64,000 nt of DNA, from the NCBI GenBank assembly GCA_030295235.1, contig AP026135.1, forward strand, positions 744,001 through 808,000, read 5' to 3'. The notes below the pieces were generated by a model that was not told where the DNA came from, made no database searches, and saw nothing but the letters and a program-made list of their open reading frames with translations. The DNA is from Fistulifera solaris (lineage: Eukaryota). Of this stretch, positions 25,755 through 39,091 are shown piece after piece. How positions within the stretch are numbered: the first letter of the stretch is position 1; each line of letters starts with the position of its first letter. The position numbers were made by a program, and so were the translations under genes.

Positions 25755-26528
25755 ATGCTGAAGCTGTACGGCGTGCCCCTTTCGCAACCGTTTCGATCGG
25801 TTGCCTGGGCTTTGCTCCTGAAACAATGTCCGTTCAAAGCGGTTGTAACTGTACCTTTTCTCGCTGATAAACCTTTCGGGAGTAAACATGAATCCTACAA
25901 GTCCAGAACAAAGGCTCGCTCAGATCGCATTCCGATGCTACAAGACGGTACATTCTATTTGGTGGAAAGTCCAGCGATATTATGTTATCTTTGCGAAAGC
26001 CGTGGCTGGATGGATCTTTACGGTCCACCCGGATCCCAACGTAAGGCTCTAATCGATTCGTACATGCATTGGCATCACTCGGGTACTCGTGGAATTGCGT
26101 CCCTGGTTGCTCCATATTTAATCCCAGGAGGCTCTCATGGACCTCGTGACAAAGAACTGCACCGAGCTCATCAACTGTTAAAGCAACTCGAATCGGGTTG
26201 GCTGCATCCCGATGAGAACTACATTGTGGGAAACGAAATATCTATTGCAGATCTATTGTGCTATGAGGAGTTGGCACAATCCAGTATGACTGGATTAATC
26301 GATTTAGCGGATTATCCTGCCATTCAATCCTGGATGCAACGCATGGAGCAACAACCCTTTTTCGAGGAAGTTCATCTTGGACTCAAAACACTCGGGTTGC
26401 TGTCCGAGTCTAACGATCGTCCTCTCAACCAAAGACTTCAAGCAGCCACAAAAGCAGGTTTGGCGGGCTTAGAAAAGGCGCAAGCTGGATTTGTTTCCGG
26501 TGGCTCGCAGTCTGCATCAAAGCTTTAA
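25755..26528 (+). CDS. Glutathione S-transferase, theta class; C-terminal SKL (PTS1)
   Basis: LYGVPLSQPFRSV, IPMLQDG..LVESPAILCYL, YMHWHH, ISIADL; ends ASKL*. Confidence 0.9.
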   Translation: MLKLYGVPLSQPFRSVAWALLLKQCPFKAVVTVPFLADKPFGSKHESYKSRTKARSDRIPMLQDGTFYLVESPAILCYLCESRGWMDLYGPPGSQRKALIDSYMHWHHSGTRGIASLVAPYLIPGGSHGPRDKELHRAHQLLKQLESGWLHPDENYIVGNEISIADLLCYEELAQSSMTGLIDLADYPAIQSWMQRMEQQPFFEEVHLGLKTLGLLSESNDRPLNQRLQAATKAGLAGLEKAQAGFVSGGSQSASKL

Positions 26529-27173
26529 CTTTTTTCTAAAAAGAACGCTAATTTTTTTCTCTTCTTCCTTAGTGTGAATTTTCTTGCACATGATCTTGGT
26601 ATTATGTCTCAAAAAGCATGTCTAGTAAAGGACAGTAGTTCTAGAGGTATAAAACTTTCATAAACGGCACAAGACGCTCAAATCTAGAAGTACCAGGTCT
26701 CACGGCTCATGGTCCCTAGGCAAAGCTATCAGAAAAGTAGGTAAACGAATAAGAAAGATATCTCTTTTTGCCAAGTTAATTTAAGACCGAACACGATTTA
26801 CCATTTGCGTCATGTTCAAGCAAAATCAGCGACGGTGACTCCTTTCTTTCGGAAGCCATCTAGCGACACAATAAATAATTGTTTATGAATAATACCTGGT
26901 ACTTGCAATGACTTTAGTCGATCAACTTACATCGGCATCTCTCCCGCTTCACGAAATTCTGCATTTCTATAGCCTCCGAATGTAGGCAACCTTTCGTCAC
27001 GACTAAAGTATCTTTTTGAATCACGAGATCCATATCAAAGAACCCGGATTTAGAATACGAGGACGACGACGAAACGTTTACGTTATATTTGAAGAAAAGC
27101 GAAGAATCGAATTGAATCTATCATCTATTTCGATAACGAAAGAATAAGAAATTAAATTCATTGAGCAAAGAAC

Positions 27174-28968
27174 ATGACGACAGATACGAGAGCGTCAAAC
27201 GAGTCCACTGCTAGCGAACAGGATAAGAAATCCTCTCATTTCAGCAGTAGAATCTTTCACCAGACGGTGCAAGGTACAAAACACGCGTTGCACAGAGGTA
27301 AACACGCCGTTCAGGGAACTGTGAATTCAGTCAAAGCAACAGCTACGACAGCCGTGCCACCAGTAAATTTGCATAAAGGTACAAACGCTCTGTCGCATGA
27401 ACCTACGGCCCAATCCAATATCGGCCAAAACACTTATTCCGCTGATTCGGAGCAATTAATGAAAGAGTCTGACGTCGTAAGAAGGAAAGAAGCTTTGCTA
27501 AGTCAAAAGAAGCCTTGCTGGAAGTAAAGGGAGCACTCCTTGACGAACTGGCTACATCATCGATTCACGTATCGCCCAGTTCGAAATCTCATTCCCTTTC
27601 CGCCACTGACTTGTTTGGGAGAAATAAAGAGACAGCGTTGTTGCACCTGTCGATCATTCTTGTTTCGTATCCGACTTACAAGTATTGGGATATACTGATC
27701 CACCTTCCGGTGCCACTTGTGGTATCTTGGTTGTTTGTAAGCTTCTCTATTGGGAACTTCTTTTCGTTATGTCTCAACAGAAACGGGGAACCGGAGCATT
27801 CTATTCGAATTGACCCACCTAACGTATCTGCAAAAGGTCCTCGTTTCTACAGAATACACCTCAGAGTTTGAATCACCCCTCAAGTGAAAGAAATACTGGT
27901 GCGAGTAACAGATTCTTATTTTCTTCGTGGAGCCAACGTCTCTTTCCTTCACGGCGCGATTGGCATTTGACTCCATCTTTTATACACCCTCTGGGTATGC
28001 CAGCTTCCATTAAAAGGTGGAATTGCGACCCTACACGAGATCATAAGCATCGGCAGTTAATGAACAATTTGCTGAGGAATCGCAACCTTCGAAGGAAACG
28101 AAAGCTGCAAAGTACTATTGAGAAATCGAACGAGACAACGGAAGTTGTCGATATTACGACACAGGAAAATTCAGCGGACAATCTAAAAGCTTCAATGGCC
28201 ATTGGAAATTTCAATCTGGCGGATGCCGATTCTTTTGGGGACTTGGATGATTACATCATCGATCCTTTTTCAAATTAAAGGGGATGGATGTTTTTCTTTG
28301 TGAAGCGGACGGCGGAGTCCCTGAAACGAAGGTAGCAGATCACTCATGGTTTATTGAACACGGATTACGAGACGCACCGATTTTTCTTGTCAACATATCC
28401 ACACAGTGGGGCAATATTCTGCTTTACTTTTCGTTACCAGAATGGTTGAAGGATTGGGACTGTTTGGAAGAAAATGACCACGATTCGAAGGAGATGAAAT
28501 GTTTGAAGGTGCGTCATCTTGTTAGGGATTCTACTCCAATTATGTCTTTGATCTTTTGCTGTCTAACCAGCACACCAGAGATTCTTTGACGGATCGGATC
28601 AAAATCGCAGTTCGACTTTGTACTTTATGCCATCTGTTGTGGAAGCTCCATATGCTGTGAGATGCGTTTCACCTTCTAAGCAGGAGTATCCAATGGGAGA
28701 TAGAGCTTATTTACCTCTGCTTTGGACCAAATACCCCGCAGAACCTGAAAACAACAAAGCAATCGCCATGGAACTGGAAATTGACTGTATGTCCAGTGGA
28801 TGGGTCCGTAGCATGGCAGGCCTTGTGAAACGCAATTTAGTATCCCTTTCGATTGACGTAGCCGTCTTGTTAAAGACCGAAGAAGCACAGCTCTGTTTAG
28901 CACTCTGGAGATTCGATCACATTGACATTTCCTCCTCGCCTACTATGCCAGCCCGCGTATCGAATTAA
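27174..28968 (+). CDS. Protein with TM segment and C-terminal DUF1336 (EDR2 C-terminal)-like domain; several indels, probable intron near 28510-28580
   Basis: FMPSVVEAPYAVR, MELEIDCMSS, LVSLSIDVAVLL and LWRFDHID resemble DUF1336 motifs. Confidence 0.55.
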
Positions 28969-29060
28969 AAGTCCAGTTTTCAATGAGTTAGTTTGACCAT
29001 GCTTTACAAGACTCTCATTTTATTTCTAGTCTTTCGAACAGCTTTTTACTCGTTGTCTCT

Positions 29061-29903
29061 TCACCTGCGTCGTTTGACGACGCTGCTTCTAGAGTAGTTC
29101 TGAACTCCGTTCTTGCGGAACAGGTAAAGCAATATCTGTTCGTTCACGTTTCGTATTTCTACGTCTTTCCAGCCAGGCATGGCTAATACAGGAAGAAAGA
29201 ACTCTGGTTGCGAAAAGGAAAATAATAGAAATCTTGCATTTGGTTGCAAAACCCGTTGAATAGCCGCCATAGCTGATTGGCATTGTTGAGTGGCGCTGGC
29301 ACAGAAAAGTGCGTCGAGCAATCCCTTGTCTACGACGGCTCGAACAGTCTCATCTTCAAATGCTGATAGGATCGTAGCATCGTCCTGAATGTAACTCATC
29401 CCCTCTACTTTGGATTGTTGTGTTTTCATTTCAATGAGCCGCGAAGATACATCCACTTGAACGACTGGTTGAAATCCTGCGTGCACAAATTGGGTTCCCA
29501 ACTCGGAGGTACCGCAACCTAACATCATCAACGGACCTTTCGTCGAAGGCAGTCTCGAAAGGCCCAGTGTTTCATGTATATCGCCCTTTTCTTCTTTGCC
29601 CGACGAAGCAATCCCCCAAGGCGGATACGCCGTTTTCACAAAATTATATTCACGCAAATCATCATAGTTGACGCTCCCCCATTCAAATGTATCACTTGGA
29701 TTCGATTTATGATATACACCTTCCCAATAAGCAGGATTCTACCAAAACGTTGAGTTGTTGTGAGTAAAATAACAAACAAAACGAAAAACTGAGCGAATGC
29801 CGCGAAAAAAACGTCTCACATGATAGGGAGGCACGGGGAGGGAAAGGATCCCGTCGACAGCACGTTTGATACGGTCAATAACGTAACGTCCTCGCAAACT
29901 CAT
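29061..29903 (-). CDS. Class I SAM methyltransferase (EEF1AKMT4/METTL13-N-like); intron 29739-29819
   Basis: YWEGVY..TFEW, MLGCGTSELG, VDVS, DAT, VVDKGLLDALFC. Confidence 0.8.
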
Positions 29904-30031
29904 CCACAAATCGATTGTTGATTGTAAAGAATGAAGACTACTTGCTTTATGTTCATTATTTGATTGTAAAAGAACAATAAAGCAAAATTGATTTGCGGCC
30001 TCGTCGCCTATCGCTACTTTTCCTTTTCACA

Positions 30032-30345
30032 ATCCCCGACTCAACTTATCCGTAGTCCCGAGTACAGCTGTTGACTCATGTTGTCGACAGGATTTGCAAT
30101 GCAAGAACTATGTGTAATGCGTAAATGTCAATATTTCATTGAGTTTTGTTGATTTATTAGTATTTGATGTTGCTTTCAAAAAATGAATGCTTGCAAGAAT
30201 GCGAATAGAACGTGGTAGCTTCCTTTTTCCTGCGGCTCAACTGATTTGCAATCCCGATACAGTCCCGATTATGTCGACATGATTTGAAATTCAAGTCTAA
30301 TGCAGTATAAATCGTTATTTCCATGATAAGTTTTGTACTGAGCTA
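30032..30345. repeat. Degenerate direct repeat, ~190-bp spacing
   Basis: tgtcgacaggatttgcaatgcaag...gagttttgt (~30082) vs tgtcgacatgatttgaaattcaag...aagttttgt (~30273). Confidence 0.55.
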
Positions 30346-30405
30346 GAGCCACCGGTACGTATAAAGAAACCTTGAAAATTTAATTAGTGAAGACGAAAAA
30401 CCTAA

Positions 30406-31453
30406 CTAGACCCCGGCGAGGAAACCTAAGAGTAAACCGGTTACCAGTCCCTGTTGCAGTGCAACGGGCACAACTTCTTCCGAGAGAGTTTGATTAGAGT
30501 CCTTGTCGAGCGTAATTTGCGCAAATTGCCGCAATTTGTGTAGAAGAGCATGGAAGGTTCGCCGTATTGTTTCGAGGGCAACATCGACTCGACCCCACAG
30601 ATTGCTCAGAGAAAGTGAAACCCTTTGTAATGCGATTTCAATTTTCTCGCCCACAAACAAGTTAATCTCAGAAATAATCACCACAATTGCCGAAAACGTT
30701 ATTGTTCTTGCTGTCAGTGTCCACATTATAGGCGAGAGAATCAAACCAAAAGTCAAACCAATGCCTCGTTGCACTTTTAGGTGAAAATTGCTCGTTCCAC
30801 GCTTTAATGATACTTTGAGGTGAGCTATTGATATTCTTCCACGACCACGTGGACGGACAAAACAGACCGCCTTCCTGACGTCCTTTTTCCCACCATCGGG
30901 CGGCTCGTTGCCATCCTTCTTGGATCAGAGGCTCGATATTCTCCTTGTATAAAGACCGAAAGTTGTCATTCTCTACAATGCAATCGACAAGTTCCACAAG
31001 TACAAACGCCAAAAGAGTCAACTTCAACACACGGAACGGATGAAAGATTGACGTTCGAACGGTATCATCCACGTCATTGTTGCTGACGGAGGAGTTAGAA
31101 TACTGTTCTTCTGCGACATCCGACTGACCCTGTCGAAATCGAAGCGTAGCTTTTACAAGAGTTGTCGGTCGCATAGCGTAAGATAGAATGTCTGGTGAAA
31201 GTATGCGCTGGAAAGGCGAAGCGATATCGTTTTTGGGGATAATACCTTCCGCCACCGTGGTTGCGAATCTCGCTTTCGTCCCTTTTGACGCGTCGACAAG
31301 ATAAAGGAGGAAGAGTATGAAAATAATGTTTCGCATCATGAGCTTCCTGGCTGCTATGAGGCAATTCATACACAAGTTGAGGGTTGTATTACATTCTGCA
31401 AGCAACCACCCAGACGTCTTGTTCAAAAATGATGGCTTTTTGAGTTCGCTCAT
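30406..31453 (-). CDS. Uncharacterized membrane protein; indel at ~30775
   Basis: Signal-like MMRNIIFILFLLYLVDA and several hydrophobic segments across two abutting ORFs. Confidence 0.5.
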
Positions 31454-31770
31454 TTGTTTTTTTTTCGTTTCGATCGTCGATCGGCATGAAACATCTTCGC
31501 GCGTGATCGACCGCGCGAGCTGTGAAAAACGGGTGTGACTTCTTTTAGGACAAACTTGAAGAAATATTCTACTCCGAGTATTTCTCTAGGGATTATAAAC
31601 ATCATGAATTAAATTCCTACGACATCAAAAACAAAAGTCTTAATTCTTTCTCCTTGATAGTTATGCGACGTTCAAAACAAGGCCTTCTTAAATTATTAAC
31701 ACTGTAACGAAAGTCTAACACAAGTTTTGCCATCACATTGAATTTGCAAATACACAGCAAGGTTCACTCG

Positions 31771-33029
31771 TTACGCCCAAATCTTCAAGAGTCCATCCCA
31801 GCTGCCAGTGCACAAAGCATCACCTTTAGGACTCACACCGACACAAGATACCACACGATCATGAGCGCCGCTGATGGTAAAAGTAGAAGTCTTCTTTTCC
31901 GAAAGGACATCGTACGCCAGGACACTACCGTCCGAGTGACCACAAAAGATCAAACGGCCCGATCTGGAAAAGGCTAAGCTCGTGTAACCTTCTTCTGGCA
32001 TGCTGGATTCCGTGCTTCCGCTCTTTTGATTACCAAATCGGTTCAACACGTTGCAAGCACGAATATCAAACAAACACACCGAGTTGTCTTGACTGCACGT
32101 GGCAAAGGCATTGCCATCTGTTGGCATGAATTCAATGGCGTTGATATCATCGTTGTGGCATTTGAATGTCTGCATGGAAGACCTTGGAGCTCGGGCATCC
32201 CAAACTTTTACAGTTTTGTCCACCGAACAGCTAACAAAGACATTGTTGTCTCCCGGCTTGATGGAAAGAAACATGACATCGGCGGTGTGTTCGGCAAACG
32301 TGTTGAGCGGCGTTCCCGTTGCAATGTCCCAGCGAATGCAGGTAGAATCACCGGAGCTGGTGAGAATTTTGTCTTCGGAAAGAAAGCGGCAGCAGGAAAT
32401 GAATCCATCGTGACTGGCCATTTCAATCGCTTTTTCAGGTGCCCCGAGCCTATAAACGGTACAAAGATTATCAAGTCCTCCGCAAGCCAGCATTTGACCT
32501 CTTCCTTGTTCCATCCCTACAGCCATAACATACGATGACTTGAGAGAAATTGATTGGGTTTTATTGCCTGTAACCGTGTTCCATACTAGAAGATTTCCGT
32601 CTTGACTAGCTGATACCAGATGGGAAGAATCTCCACTCCAATGCAAGGCCACGACTTTTCCGAAGTGACCCTTCAGTGTGCGTCTCAGCTTAGTAGAAGG
32701 TGGAGCTCGTACAGATGCAGGAGTCTCTCCTTTCGAGCGGAGCACTTGTCCTATGGTCTGGTCTCGCTTCGAAGCTTGCGTATCCTCGATCTTTCGTTGC
32801 AGAGAAGCGACCTGTTAAGTAAAACGTGCTAATAAGTATTCTTCATGTCATTCAAATCGTTCGTAAAGTCGAAACTCAACACAACCAACGAATTGAAACA
32901 CTCCTCCTCGCTTCTTTGTTAAAAACGCGATTATTCGCTTCATGAAAGTGTGTCGGCACTTGCGACTGCACCAACCGATGGGAGACTTACTTTCTCTTTG
33001 GCAGCTTCGACGCGACTATTAATATCCAT
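31771..33029 (-). CDS. Heterotrimeric G protein beta subunit; intron 32812-32990
   Basis: RRTLKGHFGKV, LVSASQDG, ACGGLDNLCTVY, HDGFISCCRF, TSSGDSTC, CTGSWDGLLKIWA; N-terminal coiled-coil exon MDINSRVEAAKEK. Confidence 0.95.
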
Positions 33030-33575
33030 CGTGTAACTATATTCTTTGCTAAACTTAATCGATGAATGATTTGCCACCACGAACTTTCTAGTTTCAAGTT
33101 AGAAGTGCGAAGATGAGAATTAGAAATGGCCGGTCGCAACGTGTTCGTAAATTAATTATACTTGTACCGTAGTAGATTATAGCTCATCGTTTGCTGTATC
33201 GTCGCTTTGAAACTGAAGAGACGCGGTCGCACACGTTAATTTTTGTCAGGAGCTTGAATTTTTTTACACCGGTATTCAGAAGTACTTTCTGTCATTAGTG
33301 TCAGAGAATGCCATCCGATCTCAACCGACCAGTCACGAGTCACAAGTAGTCAGTCGTTAATGAGCTTTTTTCTTATATCTAGGGATACGACGATTCTCAC
33401 TAGATTTACTGGTAATTCTTTTGTTCTCACCGCCCAATTCTAATCGTGATTAATCGGTTCCCGAAATAAAACAAGCAAATGCTCTTAAAACAACACATAA
33501 TTTTTTATTTCACAAATTATCAACAGAAAATATTACAAGTTGTGTAGTCTATATTGTGTCACACACCAGAGAAAG

Positions 33576-34932
33576 TCACGGAGTTTCTCGGGTCGTCTCG
33601 GTTTGACTCATTGTGATCTCGGCTCCGACAGGGATGGTTTGCTGAAAACCGCCTATTAACATGGAATCATTATCCTCGTAGCCGATTTTCCTTTTGTCGT
33701 AAACCTCCATCTTGCAACCGTCCACCTTCCAACCCATCCGAAGCAAATGATCTACTCCTTGCTCGGTTGCTAAGTTTCCCAATTCATTTGATCCATTCGA
33801 TGTCTCTTCCGAAGCTCGGCTAGCTGTATTAAGAGAAAGGTCCCCATCACCGTCATAATGAGGAGACTTAGTCCGAGATATCGTCGTGCGTTCCACTCTT
33901 CTATATCCAATGGCGTTTCTAGCGATTCAATGTACGTCGGAGACAAGGCAGGATCTGTTGGACTCTCAGAAGGGGGGTATAACTCAGTATCGTTGCAAGG
34001 TAAGTTGCAGGGATGGGGGTCTTGGCATGGCACGGAGGACGTGCGTTTGCAATTCTTGCCGCTGCATGTAGCTTCTTGGCAGCACCGGTTATAGCATTTT
34101 GATGGTACGATCGGTGCATCTCCACTATTAGAATCAGCACTGTCAGCGCTATTAGTACTGTCTGTTATATTAGGAGGATATAAATGGGCATCAAAGATAC
34201 TCGGAATCGTTGTATTAAGCATCCTTTCAATATCCGTCAGAACTTCCTCCTTCATAGCTTCGACCTCCAATAATGAAGCAACAACATCGCGATTAAGTTG
34301 CGTCAATGTTGTCTGGTTAATGGGGTTCTGCGTTCCTGCCACGTAGCATTCAAACTTGAATGAATAATGCCACCAATCACGATATTCTTCTTTGACGTGA
34401 ATTGTCGGATTCAGGCGATTGCTCATTAGGATCATATCGACTTTTGATGCCTTTCGTCGTGGTATGCTTGCTAAGTCTTCCATATCCATCGCAACAGTAC
34501 AATTTGGAAGAGTTGCATCGAGATATTGTGTTATCGCTGGGCCGACAATCCACCCAATGGAACGAGCTCCTGGCCACAAGGCCACGTAAAGATCAAACTT
34601 GACGTAAGCACCGTATGGGTCCAAGGTAAAGTCGCCTATTGGTTGCATTTCATCGACAGTATTGTTTTCCGGATCATTTTCCAGGTTCTCGGTGCTGTTC
34701 CCTACGCCCGTTAGCTCTTCTAAACACTCCCTGGTCGCTGAATCGTACTCGCCCGATATGAAGTCCGACAAACGCTCCAAAAGAGTCGGACATGGATGCG
34801 GCAATTCTTCCTTTCTGGATCCACAGGAGGATATTCTTGAAACGCGGAAATGTTTTGGCTGGAAGCTCCGAAAGTCAGAGATAAAAGGAGCAACGGAAGA
34901 GCAAGTAAAAGCGTTTTTCGGGAGGAAAACAT
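33576..34932 (-). CDS. Type I membrane protein of unknown function, paralogue of 53923-55464; indels at ~34810 and ~33778
   Basis: Signal peptide, WWHYSFKFECY, Cys-rich segment, TM, tail GNLATEQGVDHLLRMGWKVDG..EVYDKR..GY.DNDSMLIGG. Confidence 0.8.
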
Positions 34933-35485
34933 CTTCAAGGGACGAAAAGTTCCAAAACGTTCTGATTTTGCCGGCTCTTTATGATCTACTCTCCTTGTTT
35001 AAATGCGGAAAAAAATGATTGAGAGTAGCTTGCTATTCAATGCGAATTTGCCATTGTGGAACTCCGCCAAGGATGAAACTGGAGTTTCCTTTCGTGCACA
35101 CCGCACACCGTCTGCACATCTCTTTCGATTTTCGATCATTTTTTATAATCTCGCAAAGAGTATCGCGAGTTCTGTAACTCAAAAATTAGACTGGACAGGA
35201 CTGTGAGTTTTTTGCACGATTGTTCTTCCGTCTTCAGTGCGTGCAGAAACTGTGGCGACGTCACGATCACGACCGAGAAGATAATTCACGGGTAATGCCT
35301 ATTATCAACAACAAAATAAACGCTAGATCAGATCATTTGATGATGAAGAGTCTCTAATGAACATTAAATAATCCTAAGAATCAACGATAAATGACAATTC
35401 GGGAATCGTATCAAGTTCCTTGTGCAACTTAATTAGCTTGATGAAAAAAGACAAGACGTGAAACTGGTCATGCGGTCGTTCGAGG

Positions 35486-37017
35486 TCATTTACTCCCAAA
35501 ATTGACGAAAAGAGAAGTGATCACATCGACACCCACCGCTTCACTTGCTGGCTGACTCTTTGGGACGGGGGACGACTCATCTTGGATGTCAGTGTGATGA
35601 ACACGCTCATAAGTCGCGTCTTGTACATGAGCTGGCTTTTTGCTAAAGCGACGATCCTCTTCCTGCTGTTTATTGTATTCCGGTTCACGCACGGGTGAAT
35701 CGTATATGTGTGCGTACGTGTCATCGTACATGAGGTCTTCGTACATGGGTGGTGGGGCGTTATCATAAATTGATTGACGAGCGACATCGTCTTCGAACCG
35801 GGCCCTTGCTGAGTCGTACATTTCCGTTTCCAAAGCACTTCTTTGTGACACGTACATCGGAGCTTGGGGTGGGTGGTACTCGTAGACACCAGTAACAGAG
35901 GGATATCCCGGGGTTCGAACATTCCACTATCCAGTGGATGTGGAGCATTGCCATACATATCGGCAAAAGAAGGATGCCCTGGTTGATCGTACATTTGAGA
36001 GTAAAATGATGGAGCTTCTGGTTCACGCATGTAAGCTGTCCGCTGTACTGGTTCATCCTCCACTACCAATTCAGTTTTGACATGCTCTATTTTCGACTCC
36101 TGTGTATGCTCTTTCATTCTAGTGTCCTCTTCGCTGTTCGCATTGTCGTCAACGTCGATCAGATAGGGTTCAACACAGGCAATTATTCCTGGAAAGTGCG
36201 GAGAGCCTCTGTTCCGTACACGAATGGTACTTTTCTTTCCGGGAGTGCTCATCATTGTAAATAGCGGGTTTTTCATTCCGTCTTCCGAAAAGACGTCGAC
36301 AACCTGTTTCACTTCTTCGTTGTCACCTTGCAGTAGCTCAACTTTGGCATCCATTGGGAACCCTTCCGTTTGCAACAATATTCGCACACTCGAAACCGAA
36401 GGAGGAAAAGTAAATGACTGGACGCTTCCTCCTTCAATCAAATCAGGTTTGGTGTCCGATGTTGGACCTACCGAGTTATCAGCCTTTACTCCCGCTATGA
36501 GTGGATCCGCTATTTGTCCTCTGTCCATCAATTTACCATTATTGCTTATCCCAATGGCGTGTTGCCCATTCGGTGTCTCAATAATAGCACAAAATGGGTA
36601 TAGTTGTCCATTTTCGCTGTACATTTGCATCCGCTGTGGGGTGTAATAAGGTCCTTCCCAGACATCCAGCTCGGCGTGAACAGGATATCCTTCGTTCTTT
36701 AGCACAATTTGAACACCCTCGACGGTATGATCATGGAACGACCACGTCTCACGAGATTCTCCATACAGCATCACCGGCGGAGGCGAGTTACTTCGATCAC
36801 CAAACGCGTCTTCACCTCCATTCTGAAAGTGAAGGGCAACCCAGCTGGGTACATTGCATTTCGCTGTCTTCTTGCGAGGAGGCGATGACCGAAACCTTCG
36901 AATTTGACCACGCGAAGCCCAAGAGGCCAGAGGCTGGTGCACCACAAACGCTGTATCGGTAAAGAATAGCGATGTTATGACGCAGAGCGTTAAAGCGGTT
37001 TTGCAATTGTATTCCAT
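35486..37017 (-). CDS. Signal-peptide protein with a tandemly duplicated ~90-aa domain and Tyr-rich repetitive tail; indel at ~35885
   Basis: VQIVLKNEGYPVHAELDVWEG..YSENG..PF.AIIETP vs VRILLQTEGFPMDAKVELLQG..FSEDG..PLFTMMSTP; presequence DTA-F. Confidence 0.65.
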
Positions 37018-37720
37018 TGTTGCTTTCTAAACGTTCTAAATCACTCAATCAACCGAAACCGTATCGATCGGCCGGCAACAACATGCGTGCGGCAATGATA
37101 GGGATGGATTGGTTTCGTTCGTCGATGAACAGGTGTCGTTGATGATTGATTCTTCACCGTTGATGGGTTTTCGAACTTTCTTGGGATCGGTCGGAAGTCG
37201 GAATGGAAAGAAATCTCCCCTCATGGCGGACACAGAACAAGCAGCCGGTGAAGATAATCATTACAGCTGGCAGAAACGACTCCCACGGTGTACAATCTTT
37301 TCAATATAAGATTGAAGAAAGCGTCGCCGACAGCTGCTTTGTACCGCCAAATCTCATAACTAAAATATAGCGACCGTTATTTTCATAATTTTACTATGGC
37401 TACGCTTTTCTAGTAAATTCAGCATTTAGGGTACATTTTTATATGGATGCAGCAGAAACGGATCGAGGAAATCGAAAGTCACGCAGAAAACACAGTTAAA
37501 GACGTCATCCTCGCCTCATCCTCCAGCGTTCGTCTGTCATGCGATAGGCAAGCACATTATTTTTTTCGAGCGTCCTTCGGACCACGATTTTTTCCCGTTG
37601 TTTTTGCCAACCGACAATTCTCGTCTCCATTTTGTTCTTTCGAGATCTCGCCACTTTATACGACAGAAGTTGTTGTTGAAAGACGTCTTCAATAATCAGA
37701 CCAAAATACCATCTACCGCA

Positions 37721-39091
37721 ATGAATCCCGAAGAAGATGTAATGAACGACGCTGAAGGCGAACTGCCAACGGACCTGCAAGAGGAAGACTATTACGACGA
37801 AACTCCCGTTTTTGTCGGCGCTGACGACGCAGTCGAAGTAGAGGTCGATGATAATGACGTTCCTATGGATGATGACGATGACGATGATGAAGACGAAGCG
37901 GAAGATACGGAAGCAGATAATGCTATGGCAAACTCCACGGATATGTCAAGCGTCACGATACAATCTCATGCCAATAACGCGATTTATGCTATTGCATCCC
38001 ACTGTGATGAACCCTCTCAAAAGGTTATTATTGTGAGTGGCGGAGGCGATGATAAGAGCTATTTACACAGCATTGATTCGTCTGGGAGTACTACATCAAT
38101 ACTACTGCCTCATGAGCACTCCGACAGTGTGTCTTGTGTTGCATTGAATTTGCTCTTTGTTTCGGAAGATTTGACGAAAACGCCTCCATTAGCTGCCGTA
38201 GGGGCCTATGATGGAGCCATCCTGTTATACAATCCTGTCAACGGTGAAAAAGTATTACACCTGGAAGGCCCGACGGATGTGGAGTGTCTGGCATTCCATC
38301 CCAAGGGTGGGACTGTATTGTTGGCGGGTTCGGCAGCCGATGGCACCGTTTGGATGTATCATTTACCTCTCAATAAGTGCCTGCAAGTGTTTGTTGGACA
38401 TGAAAGTGCTGTAACAGCTGTCAATTTCACACCGGATGGACGATGGGCCGTATCAGCGAGTTCGGATGGTACCGTTCGAGTTTGGGCCCCGAAGTCTGGC
38501 AAGAGTAAACATGTTTTTCGACTGGAAGCACCATTAACAAGTATGGCAATGGGCGGTGGAGTAGATGGTATGCTAGTTATTGTTGGGGCCGAGGATGGCC
38601 AGGCTCACGTGTGTCACACTGGAACGTTGAAAGTAGTTTGTTCCCTGCGTCATTTTGAAATTCCCAAGGATGTGGACGAATTCGCTGAATTGCCGACAAG
38701 CGTTGAGACGGTAGCTTTTTCAAAAGGAAACCCAAATTGGTGCGCCACTGGTGGTGTGGACGGCGTTTTAAAAATTTGGGATTTAGCCAACGATGGACAA
38801 TGTCGACATGTGTGTCGTCCCGTAATAGATGAAGGGAATTCAGGAGGAATCACTCGTCTGCAATGGCATCCTAATCTGGCGCTCGTGTTCACCACTTACA
38901 CGGATGGATCCGTTCGTCTTTGGGACGCTCGAAATGGCCAATTACTTCAGACACTGATGGGCAGCATGGACGTATTGAATGATCTTAGTGTGCAATTCAC
39001 GAACGGCGGAAAGTCATCCATCATAATGACTGCCAGTGATGATGGGAATCTTCGAATCTTCCACGCGGATATTGCCTCGCTAGTTGAATGA
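37721..39091 (+). CDS. WD40 protein, AAMP/Sqt1-like (uL16 chaperone)
   Basis: Acidic N-terminus, SGGGDDK, EGPTDVECLAFHPKG.VLLAGS.DGTVWM, LQVFVGH, FTPDG, SVETVAFS, VRLWDARNG. Confidence 0.8.
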   Translation: MNPEEDVMNDAEGELPTDLQEEDYYDETPVFVGADDAVEVEVDDNDVPMDDDDDDDEDEAEDTEADNAMANSTDMSSVTIQSHANNAIYAIASHCDEPSQKVIIVSGGGDDKSYLHSIDSSGSTTSILLPHEHSDSVSCVALNLLFVSEDLTKTPPLAAVGAYDGAILLYNPVNGEKVLHLEGPTDVECLAFHPKGGTVLLAGSAADGTVWMYHLPLNKCLQVFVGHESAVTAVNFTPDGRWAVSASSDGTVRVWAPKSGKSKHVFRLEAPLTSMAMGGGVDGMLVIVGAEDGQAHVCHTGTLKVVCSLRHFEIPKDVDEFAELPTSVETVAFSKGNPNWCATGGVDGVLKIWDLANDGQCRHVCRPVIDEGNSGGITRLQWHPNLALVFTTYTDGSVRLWDARNGQLLQTLMGSMDVLNDLSVQFTNGGKSSIIMTASDDGNLRIFHADIASLVE

